Source of the DNA: Candidatus Opimibacter iunctus
GTDB taxonomy: Bacteria; Bacteroidota; Bacteroidia; Chitinophagales; Saprospiraceae
Length of the DNA stretch: 64,000 nucleotides
NCBI GenBank assembly: GCA_016716665.1
Contig: JADJVH010000013.1
Location: 38,824 to 102,823, forward strand
Reading direction: 5' to 3'
The first letter of the stretch is position 1, and each line of letters starts with the position of its first letter. The position numbers were made by a program, and so were the translations under genes. Under the pieces are notes generated by a model that saw only the letters and a program-made list of their open reading frames with translations, was not told the origin of the DNA and did no database searches. Shown here piece by piece: positions 56,412-64,000 of this stretch.

Positions 56412-59400
56412 TTAGAGCTCCCCGATATACTCATTTAACGAACCATCCTTCTCCAGCTCCAGTTTCTTCTTCAACCTGTACTTACTCTGTTCCACCCCAT
56501 TGACCGTGATATTCAGGATAGCAGCGATCTCGGTATTGGAAAATCCCATCCTTATAAAGCAACATAACCGGCTTTCGGTAGCCGAGATATGCGGATGCCT
56601 GAGGTGGAGCTTATGGACAAAGTCCTGGTGGACCTGATTAAAGGTGAGCTGAAACTCATCCCAGTAGTTTTTCTGGGTCAGTTCGTTTTCGATGGATCTG
56701 GTCAGGCGGTGCAACTCCCGGGACTTGGGCTGATGTTCATCCGTTTCAATCTTCCGGATTTCTCCCTTGAGGTCCTCGAGAAACTGGTTTTTATGCGCGC
56801 TCTGCAGGACGGAGGCGCTGAGCTGGGCCTGTTTATTCAGGATGTCCTTCTCCAGGTTTTCATTCTGTAAGCGCAGGATTTCTTGTTCTGCCGCCATGGC
56901 ATGCTGCCGAAACCTGAGCTTTTGTCGGTTCAGCAGGAATTGGATCATCCCCAGTACCACTATAACACCAGCACCTATCGTCGCCAAAATGAACCACCAG
57001 GTGGTCCAGAACGGTGGCGAGACAATGATCTTCAAAGTGCGGGGAGCCGTATTCCATGCTCCATCACTATTGGAAGCCTTTACTTCAAGGATATACTCAC
57101 CGCCGGGCAATGAAGAATAGTTTGCAAAACGCTGTTTGGGCCCCACGAACCGCCAGGTAGTATCAAACCCCATAAGACGGTAAGCAAATTGGTTTTTGTC
57201 AGGTTGAGAATAATCGGTGGTCGTGAAGCTGAACTGTATCCCTTTGTCCAGGTAGGAGAACCGAACAATTGTTGTAGAATCATTGAGCGGACCGGAAAGG
57301 ATAGTCCTGCCTTCAAACAAGCCAATAGGGATGGATTGGTTGGAGAGACTGAATTCTGTAAAGACAACTTTAGGTGCACTGGTATTTTCGCGCACCTGGT
57401 CAGGCAGGATGAAAGAATAACCATTAGTACTGCCCAGGATCAAGCGCCCGTCATTCAGCCTCAGTGCGGCACCGGGATTGTACTGGTTGTTTTCGAGAAA
57501 CGGCTCCGACCCTACTTTGATAAACCGACCCTCCTTTTTGTTCCATCGCACGATCCCTGCCTGAGTGGTGATCCATAGGTATCCTTGCGGACCCTGTACA
57601 ATACTATTGATCATATTGGAAGGCAGGCCATCTTCAACCGAATAAGCGTGAAATGTTTCATTGGCGGGTTGGTATGCATTGAGTCCGGCGTTTTCTGTTC
57701 CGATCCATATCGTGCCCTCATCATCCTGGTAGAGGCACCGGATTTTTTCACTTGAGAGGCTGAGCGTGTCGTGAGCATTATGGTGATATTGAGTGATATG
57801 GAATGGGGTAGTGGAATGATCGATTCGGCTCAGGCCATTATTTTCTGTGGCAATCCAAAGCCATGGGCGGGTTTTGTCAAGTAAGATGTCAATGACCTGA
57901 GTCCCGGAGATGCTGTTTTTATTATTCGGATCAGGTTGAAAACGCATAAATGTGTTTTGACCCGGTTTCAGATAACTAACCCCTGCACCTAATGTACCTA
58001 TCCACAAGCCTCCATCTGGTGCAAGTTCAAGATCCCAGACATTGTTATGACTCAGACTTGTCAGGTCACCCGCTATATTTTGAAATTGCTTCACGATCCC
58101 TGCACCTGGTTTATACAGATACAATCCTCGGGCAAATGTCCCAAGCCAAAGGTTGCCATCGGGAAGTGAAACCAGGCTCGTGATCACATTCAGGCCTGGT
58201 GGATGATTAGCCGATTTTTCAATGGAGACCAGCCGTACAGGATTCTTTCGCACATCCAATTGAAACAACCCACCGCCATCGGTGCCCAGCCAGACATTCC
58301 CATCCTTGTCCTGGTCGAGGCAGAGGACAGAGCGTAGGCCCTCCAGTCTTTCCAGCGCATACTGCCGGTCCATGACGAATGGAGGGAAGATAGTTTTATG
58401 CAGATTAATACCACCATTGAAGGTGCCTATCCATAGATTATTGGACGAATCAAACATCAGGTCGTACAGCGCGTCTGAATTGAGCGAGTTGAGAAACGCT
58501 GGTTGGTATCCGTAATGCTTCCATTCATCCGTCGATGGATCAAAATAATTAAGGCCACCTCCATCTGTTGCGATCCATAATTTTCCATGTGCATCGGGTA
58601 CCAGGTCTGTGATCCTTCTATTGCTCAGTCCTGCACCGGTCTGCGGATTGGGTAGAAACCGGTCAATGACCTTGAGCTGTTGCAAATCAATCTCATACAA
58701 GCCGCTGCCTTCCGTGCCGACCCAGAGATTGCCATTGGTGCCCAGGCAAAGCGATTTAGCGAATCCATCCATGTCATTCCCATCATCGCTATGTATGGTG
58801 TGCAAAGAATCTGTTGACCAGTCAAACAAACTGATCCCCTTGCCTGCTGTTCCGATCCATATCCGACCACTGGGATCTTCCTGAAAATCAAAAACAAAAT
58901 CATTGTTGAGCCTCCTGTTGTCTGGCGCACACGTCGTGCAGAAATGCGCGATCTTTTTATACTCCCGGTCAAACACAATCGTACCGGCGTTGTAGGTACC
59001 AAGCCAAAGATTCCCCCGGCTATCCTGGAATATGGATCTCACCGTTATGGTATTCCAGTCAACAGTGTTGTCTTCTTTAAAAGGGAAACGAAGAAACCTC
59101 CCCGTAGTTCTTTCCAACACGCTGACACCACCATTGAGATGGCCTATCCAGATATTACCCGCCTCATCATTCCATAGCGTCAGTATGGATTGACTTTTGA
59201 TTGCATATGGATTCTTAGGATCCGGCAGGAATACCTTAAACTCATATCCATCAAACCGGTTCAGTCCAAACCGGGTACCTGCCCAGATCATCCCCAATTG
59301 ATCTTCGAGCAAGGCATGTACCGTGGTGTAGGACAGACCATCATCCACGGTCAGGTGATCAAACGAAAAAGTCGATGCATTCCGCTGACCGGCCACATGT

Positions 59401-59465
59401 CCACACAGTATCAACAGGCTGAAGAGGCTTGGAAGGTAAAGGGAAGTAGGGCGCGATCTGGTCAT
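56412..59465 (-). CDS. Y_Y_Y / two-component-regulator-propeller sensor fused to a LuxR-type HTH (one-component PUL regulator)
   Basis: 1017 aa. It contains many WIGT/WLGT propeller repeats, a Y_Y_Y-like Ig domain (GEYILEVKASNSDGAWN), one TM helix (WWFILATIGAGVIVVLGMIQF), a coiled coil, and a C-terminal HTH ATESRLCCFIRMGFSNTEIAAILNITVNGVEQSKYRLKKKL. Confidence 0.85.
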   Translation of the reverse strand: MTRSRPTSLYLPSLFSLLILCGHVAGQRNASTFSFDHLTVDDGLSYTTVHALLEDQLGMIWAGTRFGLNRFDGYEFKVFLPDPKNPYAIKSQSILTLWNDEAGNIWIGHLNGGVSVLERTTGRFLRFPFKEDNTVDWNTITVRSIFQDSRGNLWLGTYNAGTIVFDREYKKIAHFCTTCAPDNRRLNNDFVFDFQEDPSGRIWIGTAGKGISLFDWSTDSLHTIHSDDGNDMDGFAKSLCLGTNGNLWVGTEGSGLYEIDLQQLKVIDRFLPNPQTGAGLSNRRITDLVPDAHGKLWIATDGGGLNYFDPSTDEWKHYGYQPAFLNSLNSDALYDLMFDSSNNLWIGTFNGGINLHKTIFPPFVMDRQYALERLEGLRSVLCLDQDKDGNVWLGTDGGGLFQLDVRKNPVRLVSIEKSANHPPGLNVITSLVSLPDGNLWLGTFARGLYLYKPGAGIVKQFQNIAGDLTSLSHNNVWDLELAPDGGLWIGTLGAGVSYLKPGQNTFMRFQPDPNNKNSISGTQVIDILLDKTRPWLWIATENNGLSRIDHSTTPFHITQYHHNAHDTLSLSSEKIRCLYQDDEGTIWIGTENAGLNAYQPANETFHAYSVEDGLPSNMINSIVQGPQGYLWITTQAGIVRWNKKEGRFIKVGSEPFLENNQYNPGAALRLNDGRLILGSTNGYSFILPDQVRENTSAPKVVFTEFSLSNQSIPIGLFEGRTILSGPLNDSTTIVRFSYLDKGIQFSFTTTDYSQPDKNQFAYRLMGFDTTWRFVGPKQRFANYSSLPGGEYILEVKASNSDGAWNTAPRTLKIIVSPPFWTTWWFILATIGAGVIVVLGMIQFLLNRQKLRFRQHAMAAEQEILRLQNENLEKDILNKQAQLSASVLQSAHKNQFLEDLKGEIRKIETDEHQPKSRELHRLTRSIENELTQKNYWDEFQLTFNQVHQDFVHKLHLRHPHISATESRLCCFIRMGFSNTEIAAILNITVNGVEQSKYRLKKKLELEKDGSLNEYIGEL

Positions 59466-59582
59466 AATTGCCTCGGGTCACTATCGTTGTATCGAGGGGG
59501 AAAATAGGGGATTTTGGTGGGATGGGGAGAGGGGTTTGACAGATAGATCAAGTCCGAAAGAGGAGGTCATGTGTTTTCGAGA

Positions 59583-59688
59583 ACTGTGAGTTGTGAGCTG
59601 TGAGTTGTGAGTATGTCACGAGTCAGACGTGAGAGTAAGTGGCGAGAGTAAGTTGTCAGAGTATGTGGCGAGAGTCAGTCGTGAGTGA
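59583..59688. repeat. Degenerate tandem array: GTTGTGA heptamers (59583-59610), then GTGAG/GTAAG/GTCAG-rich words that resemble the reverse complement of the CTYACTGT octamer family
   Basis: actgtga gttgtga gctgtga gttgtga gtatgtc acgagtc agacgtg agagtaa gtggcga gagtaag ttgtcag agtatgt ggcgaga gtcagtc gtgagtg. Confidence 0.75.
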
Positions 59689-59701
59689 CAAATTAAATTC
59701 T

Positions 59702-59750
59702 CTGGCAGCTGGCAGCTGGTAGCTAAACGCTGATAGCTGACAGCTCAAAC
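59702..59750. repeat. Heptamer array, 7 copies of the CTGGYAG then CTGAYAG family, ending in CTCAAAC, which contains the stop codon of the O-methyltransferase gene
   Basis: ctggcag ctggcag ctggtag ctaaacg ctgatag ctgacag ctcaaac. The stop is tca at 59745-59747. Confidence 0.9.
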
Positions 59751-60380
59751 CCTCCTCGCTACACTCAATCCGTCCCGGATTGGCAACATGAGGACCTCCA
59801 CCCTCGGATCCCTATACAACATCTCATTGTACTTATGTATCACCCGCGCATCCACATCACTCCGGTCATAGACCACCTTGCCACTCCAGAGGACATTGTC
59901 TGAGAGAATCAATCCACCCGGACGGACATGATCAATGATGGCTTCGTAGTACTCAGCATACTCTTGCTTGTTGGCATCGATAAAGACCAGGTCCCAGGTC
60001 TCGGTCCTTTGTGACAAGAGTGCCTGTGCTTTCCCCATGAGACTTTCCACACGATCCGTCACCCCGGCCATAGCAAGATGTTTCTTGATCAGGAATGCAT
60101 ATTCCGGATTCGCTTCGATCGTGACTACCTTACTTTCTGCTGAAGGGCTTAAACCACGCACGAGGCAAATAGTCCCATAGCCTGTGAACGTCCCAATCTC
60201 CAGCACATTCCTTGCCTGCAGCAAAGAAGTCATCAATGTCAGGAAGGCCCCTTGCACCCGGCCACTCAGCATCTGAGGCGCAATGGTATGCAGGTGCGTA
60301 GACCGCTCTACTTCATGGAGCACAGGGTCATGTACATTGCTGTAGTCGTCAGTATATTTTTGTATTTCAGTGGCGAGCAT
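59745..60380 (-). CDS. Class I SAM-dependent O-methyltransferase (caffeoyl-CoA OMT-like)
   Basis: ATG at 60380 gives MLATEIQKYTDDYSNVHDPVLHEVERSTHL... The SAM motif is VLEIGTFTGYG, with FIDANKQEY further on. The longer track ORF (to 60536) overlaps the EamA gene and is not needed. Confidence 0.75.
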   Translation of the reverse strand: MLATEIQKYTDDYSNVHDPVLHEVERSTHLHTIAPQMLSGRVQGAFLTLMTSLLQARNVLEIGTFTGYGTICLVRGLSPSAESKVVTIEANPEYAFLIKKHLAMAGVTDRVESLMGKAQALLSQRTETWDLVFIDANKQEYAEYYEAIIDHVRPGGLILSDNVLWSGKVVYDRSDVDARVIHKYNEMLYRDPRVEVLMLPIRDGLSVARRV

Positions 60381-61284
60381 AACGGTTTTGCCAGATAGGG
60401 TGAATGATGACAGAGGCAAGGATGATGCTTGCCCCGATATAGAATGAAGTATTGAGTTCTTTTCGGTCGTTGAGCAGTAGCAGGGCCATGAAGATTCCAT
60501 ACACGGGTTCGAGATTGATGACCATGATGGAATCATAAGCGGTTACGGATCTCACGGCACGTGTGCAAAGTACCCAGGCTACACATGTGCAGAGTAGTCC
60601 CAGTATAAGGAGATACACCAGGTCTGTGGCATCCGGCCAGAATTGATCAACGCCAAAAATTAATTGCTCACCACCAAGCCATACGCACATCGTCAGCCAG
60701 GCTCCGGCCATCTGCATCATGGTCATGTGCTCTGCATCTACTTCCATGATCCATTTCTTCTCAAGGCTGGAAAAGATGGCGAGTATGAGCGAAGATGCTA
60801 TGCCCAGGATGATACCTGACAGGATATCTCCTTCAGCCCGACCGGCAATCAATACGATACCGGGAATGACCATCAGGCCAAATACCACTTCATGTCTGAC
60901 GAGCGGACGACCGGTGATCCATGGCTCTATCCATGCCGTGAAAAATGAAATGGTGGCAAAGCAGATCAGCGCCGTTGAGGCATTGGCGAGTTTGATCGAA
61001 CCAAAGAAGCAAATCCAGTGAATACCCACCATTGCTCCAAGCAGGTAGATTTTTTTTCGATCAAGGACAGATGCTTTGTTAAACCGTCGTCTGAGCAAGA
61101 GGTAAAAGGCTATACCCAGCCCGGCTATAAGCGTCCGCCACCATACTAACACGCTGGCTGACAGGGAGATGAGATCCCCCAGGATAGCCGTACCGGCAAG
61201 CAGCATCACCGCAATATGGAGATCGATGTAGGCCCTTTTTAAACTCACCGGAGGAATTGTTGTTATCTTCGCACAAGTATACAC
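60367..61284 (-). CDS. EamA/DMT-family transporter; start uncertain
   Basis: About 10 TM helices in two EamA-like halves. Its stop overlaps the OMT start by 14 nt. Confidence 0.6.
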   Translation of the reverse strand: MYTCAKITTIPPVSLKRAYIDLHIAVMLLAGTAILGDLISLSASVLVWWRTLIAGLGIAFYLLLRRRFNKASVLDRKKIYLLGAMVGIHWICFFGSIKLANASTALICFATISFFTAWIEPWITGRPLVRHEVVFGLMVIPGIVLIAGRAEGDILSGIILGIASSLILAIFSSLEKKWIMEVDAEHMTMMQMAGAWLTMCVWLGGEQLIFGVDQFWPDATDLVYLLILGLLCTCVAWVLCTRAVRSVTAYDSIMVINLEPVYGIFMALLLLNDRKELNTSFYIGASIILASVIIHPIWQNRYARH

Positions 61285-61327
61285 AAATAGGCAAGATCCT
61301 GTCGTTTACTCAACCAATCCTCTGTAC

Positions 61328-61804
61328 ATGTCCATTCATATCGGCGATATAGCCCCTCCGTTTTCTCTGTATTCATCTGAAAAGCAACTCGTCAATCTTT
61401 CTGACTTTAAAGGAAGGAAAGTTGTACTGCTGTTTTTTCCACTCGCCTTTACGAGCACATGTACAAAGGAGATGTGCTCTACCCGCGATGATATCGAGAT
61501 GTATAATGCCCTCGATACCGAAGTACTCGGGATATCGATCGACACACCACAAAGCCTTGCCAGGTATAAGCAGGATCTCGGGCTCAATTTTACATTACTC
61601 TCAGATTTCAACAAGGAGACCATACGGGCTTATGATGCAGTATATGAGCAATTCGGCCACAATATGCGTGGCGTAGGAAAGCGAGCCGCTTTTGTCATAG
61701 ATGGCCAGGGTATAGTCCGTTACGCAGAGGTACTGGAAAATGCAGGAAATCTGCCGGATTTTGAGGCTATTCAAAATGCACTTCGTAACTTTCAGACAAC
61801 ATAA
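61328..61804 (+). CDS. Peroxiredoxin (AhpC/TSA family)
   Basis: GRKVVLLFFPLAFTSTCTKEMC contains the peroxidatic Cys motif. 158 aa. Confidence 0.8.
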   Translation: MSIHIGDIAPPFSLYSSEKQLVNLSDFKGRKVVLLFFPLAFTSTCTKEMCSTRDDIEMYNALDTEVLGISIDTPQSLARYKQDLGLNFTLLSDFNKETIRAYDAVYEQFGHNMRGVGKRAAFVIDGQGIVRYAEVLENAGNLPDFEAIQNALRNFQTT

Positions 61805-61847
61805 TTACCTTTGCATCATTATCTATCACCACTTAAACCCATCTCCC

Positions 61848-62153
61848 ATGTTGTACGATAGCCTTTCCAAAGAACAGGAGGACATACTCGTTGAAGAGTT
61901 GACCACAGATGGTGAACAAACCCAGCTCATCGTTCTCAATGATGACTATAACACATTTGACTGGGTCATTGAATGCTTCATGGAGGTGCTCAATCATACC
62001 AGTGAACAATCCGAGCAACTCGCCTGGATCGTCCATACCAAAGGCCGCGCCAGCGTCAAGCTCGGCACACTCGAAGAATTGAAACCCTACAAGGATGCCT
62101 TGACAGACAGGGGACTCAATGCGATCATCGAACACGAGAAAGTGAACAGGTGA
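61848..62153 (+). CDS. clpS: ATP-dependent Clp protease adaptor ClpS
   Basis: ATG at 61848. LIVLNDDYNTFDWVIECFMEVLNHTSEQSEQLAWIVHTKGRASV matches the ClpS core. It is followed by aat. Confidence 0.85.
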   Translation: MLYDSLSKEQEDILVEELTTDGEQTQLIVLNDDYNTFDWVIECFMEVLNHTSEQSEQLAWIVHTKGRASVKLGTLEELKPYKDALTDRGLNAIIEHEKVNR

Positions 62154-62163
62154 TCTCCAGCAG

Positions 62164-62847
62164 ATGCCTGTATTTGCCCTTGATGACGAACTGATTTTTC
62201 CACATCCTTCCCTTCGTGAACCTGATGGCCTCATGGCTGTCGGTGGTGATTTATCTCCGCAACGATTGTTACTGGCCTACCGATGGGGTATCTTTCCATG
62301 GTATCACGAAGGCCAACCCATTCTTTGGTGGTGGCTTGCACCCAGGCTCATGGTCAGGCCTGAAGATGTACACGTATCCCATTCGGTGCGAAATGTGATC
62401 AATAAGAAAAAATTTGCGGTGACATTCGACAGTGATTTCACAACGGTCATGAAGCGGTGCGGCTCTGTCAACCGGGCAGGGCAGGAAGGCACGTGGATCA
62501 TGCCGGAGATGATTGATGCCTATACCTCACTGCATCAGCTTGGTTATGCGCATTCAGTAGAAGTGTGGGAAGGCGACCAACTCGTTGGTGGGTTGTATGG
62601 TATTGCCCTCGGCCGTATTTTTTTTGGAGAAAGTATGTTTGCTGAGAGCCCCAATGCCTCAAAAGTTGGATTTGTATTTTTTGCACAACATCTCGCTTCA
62701 CTTGGATTCCTGTGGATCGATTGCCAGCAGGATACACCGCATATGCGATCCCTCGGAGCAGACCTTGTGGAGGAAGAAGATTTCATGCATATCCTTCGCG
62801 AAAATCAACTTCATATGATGAATCATAAACCCACGACACTTTTGTAA
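62164..62847 (+). CDS. aat: Leucyl/phenylalanyl-tRNA--protein transferase
   Basis: FPHPSLREPDGLMAVGGDLSPQRLLLAYRWGIFPW...VEVWEGDQLVGGLYGIALGRIFFGESMF is typical of Aat. Confidence 0.9.
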   Translation: MPVFALDDELIFPHPSLREPDGLMAVGGDLSPQRLLLAYRWGIFPWYHEGQPILWWWLAPRLMVRPEDVHVSHSVRNVINKKKFAVTFDSDFTTVMKRCGSVNRAGQEGTWIMPEMIDAYTSLHQLGYAHSVEVWEGDQLVGGLYGIALGRIFFGESMFAESPNASKVGFVFFAQHLASLGFLWIDCQQDTPHMRSLGADLVEEEDFMHILRENQLHMMNHKPTTLL

Positions 62848-62861
62848 AAAGGAGATCGTTC

Positions 62862-62882
62862 AGCGTAGCCTCTGGCTGCGCT
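62862..62882. repeat. Hairpin related to the C-TCCT-G family (loop TCT), copy K1
   Basis: agcgtagcc tct ggctgcgct, with the left flank gatcgttca shared with the copy at 39101. Confidence 0.6.
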
Positions 62883-62926
62883 ATATAAATTCATTTGAAA
62901 TCACGTCCTACTGAAAGTCAGTCTCA

Positions 62927-62942
62927 GCCGCCTCCTGGCGGC
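62927..62942. repeat. C-TCCT-G loop hairpin, copy K2
   Basis: gccgcc tcct ggcggc. Confidence 0.7.
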
Positions 62943-63026
62943 ATGTACAAATCATTTCCTAGCTAAGCGCCAGTATCTTAATTTCCCTCTAAGATCCAGA
63001 ATATAGACCTGAAGTCTTTTTAGGGG

Positions 63027-63986
63027 CTACTTCGAAAAATGACCGATTATCAACCCAGCTAACTCTCTCCCCACATTTTCCTGCGCTTCCACTGTAGAGC
63101 CCCCAACATGTGGCGTCAACGATATCCTGGGATGTGTGAGGATATCAGCACGTGGAGTTGGCTCGCCAACAAAAACATCAATACCGGCCCCTCCAATCTG
63201 TCCCGAATTCAATCCCTCAATCAAAGCATCTTCATCAAACACACCGCCACGTGCTGTATTGATCAGGATAACCCCTTTTTTCAGGATAGCGAGTTCCTCT
63301 TTTCCGATGACAGGTTTATCTGCCTTAGGAATATGGATAGTGATGATATCCGATTGGCTCAGCAAGGTATTTATATCGGTAGTATGAATATCAACAGACA
63401 GGCTTTGTTGTGCGCCTGGAATAGTGATGACGATCTTCGCTTCTTTCACAAACGGATCGGAGGCTATTACATTCATCCCTAATCCTAAGGCAATACGAGC
63501 CACTTCCTGGCCGATACGCCCAAACCCAATAATCCCTATCGTTTTTCCGAGTAATTCATTGCCTTCACTGCATTGCTTCTTGAGCTTGGCAAATTCAGTA
63601 TTGCCGGTCACCGGCATCGCCCTGTTAGCAAGATGCAATTGCCGCGCCAGGGTAAAGGCATGTGCAGTCACCAGTTCAGCGACTGATCTTGAGGAAGCTG
63701 CAGGAGTATTGTACACGCCAAGTCCTTTCTCTCTCGCATAGGTCACATCGATATTGTCCATCCCTACACCTCCACGCCCGATCACTTTGAGATTAGGACA
63801 CGCATCAATCAATGGCTTCCGCACCTGCGTGGCGCTGCGTACAGTGATGGCATCAAAATTTTTCAATTCCGCTTCAAGCTCTTCAGCTTTATAGTGCGTC
63901 GTCACCACTTCAAAGCCCGCCGCTTCAAGCATGGCTTTACCTGTATCATCTATGCCGTCATTGGCCAGTATCCTGATCTTGCTCAT
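63027..63986 (-). CDS. serA: D-3-phosphoglycerate dehydrogenase (short form) / D-2-hydroxyacid dehydrogenase
   Basis: 319 aa. NAD motif GIIGFGRIGQEVA. Catalytic-region NTARGGVFDE...TPHVGGST. Confidence 0.75.
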   Translation of the reverse strand: MSKIRILANDGIDDTGKAMLEAAGFEVVTTHYKAEELEAELKNFDAITVRSATQVRKPLIDACPNLKVIGRGGVGMDNIDVTYAREKGLGVYNTPAASSRSVAELVTAHAFTLARQLHLANRAMPVTGNTEFAKLKKQCSEGNELLGKTIGIIGFGRIGQEVARIALGLGMNVIASDPFVKEAKIVITIPGAQQSLSVDIHTTDINTLLSQSDIITIHIPKADKPVIGKEELAILKKGVILINTARGGVFDEDALIEGLNSGQIGGAGIDVFVGEPTPRADILTHPRISLTPHVGGSTVEAQENVGRELAGLIIGHFSK

Positions 63987-64000
63987 GGTATAGTTTATTG

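Noticed and set aside
60367-60536. Long form of the O-methyltransferase ORF (start at 60536) overlapping the EamA gene by 170 nt
   Set aside because: The extra 52 residues (MIPSWSSISNPCMESSWPCYC...) are antisense-like low-quality sequence. The ATG at 60380 gives a standard 211-aa OMT, with only a 14-nt overlap with the upstream gene.
2097-63741. Numerous 60-170-aa ORFs antisense to or nested within the large genes (for example 3860-4306, 25246-26124, 40394-40900, 44634-45134, 54506-55039, 63108-63482)
   Set aside because: Each lies entirely inside a longer ORF with clear family signatures on the other strand or in another frame. They have skewed, low-information composition and no recognisable motifs.
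1-64000. Search for tRNA, rRNA, riboswitch, transposase, integrase, prophage or defence-system genes
   Set aside because: No cloverleaf-like sequence, rRNA-like stretch or recognisable riboswitch core was seen in the intergenic regions I read. No ORF shows DDE or tyrosine-recombinase motifs, phage structural features or known defence-domain signatures. This is absence by eye only; tRNAscan-SE, Infernal and DefenseFinder would be the decisive checks.

Overview
This is a 64-kb chromosomal segment of a Bacteroidota genome. The phylum call rests on a PorP/SprF gene, a cargo protein with a T9SS C-terminal sorting domain, and a SusC/SusD PUL. I count about 50 protein-coding genes, mostly housekeeping or metabolic. 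In order they are: a PorP/SprF + OmpA-family pair, pnuC, a Rieske oxygenase, an MFS transporter, and a tyrosine-catabolism cluster hmgA-fahA-hppD. Next come tag, metG, lnt, fumC, a haloperoxidase-like PAP2 protein, a quinone oxidoreductase, and an S9 peptidase. Then mgsA-uvrC, cysQ, M1 and M16 peptidases, methylmalonyl-CoA mutase, hemW, and a large M36 protease. These are followed by a PUL for a beta-glucan (Y_Y_Y/LuxR regulator, PKD-domain protein, SusC, SusD, two GH30). The window ends with an O-methyltransferase, an EamA transporter, a peroxiredoxin, clpS-aat and serA. I saw no rRNA, tRNA, CRISPR, transposase, integrase or phage genes. Two things are not explained by ordinary annotation. 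(1) At least eleven intergenic regions are filled with a mosaic of short tandem repeats (7-, 8-, 9-, 15- and 16-mers) plus two families of conserved hairpins. The same repeat words recur at unlinked loci, the arrays have internal polarity and CA-rich leaders, and several arrays run exactly into stop codons. This resembles cyanobacterial STRR heptamers or enterobacterial BIME mosaics, and I do not know of such a system described in Bacteroidota. It is the best candidate here for something undescribed. (2) Several genes have integrity problems. Five are split by +/-1 frameshifts at short homopolymers, which are most likely sequencing indels. metG lacks about 36 codons of its anticodon-binding domain and is also frameshifted. 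The S9 peptidase stops before its catalytic His, directly against a repeat array. All coordinates and motifs were read by eye from the sequence and the ORF track. No database search was run.
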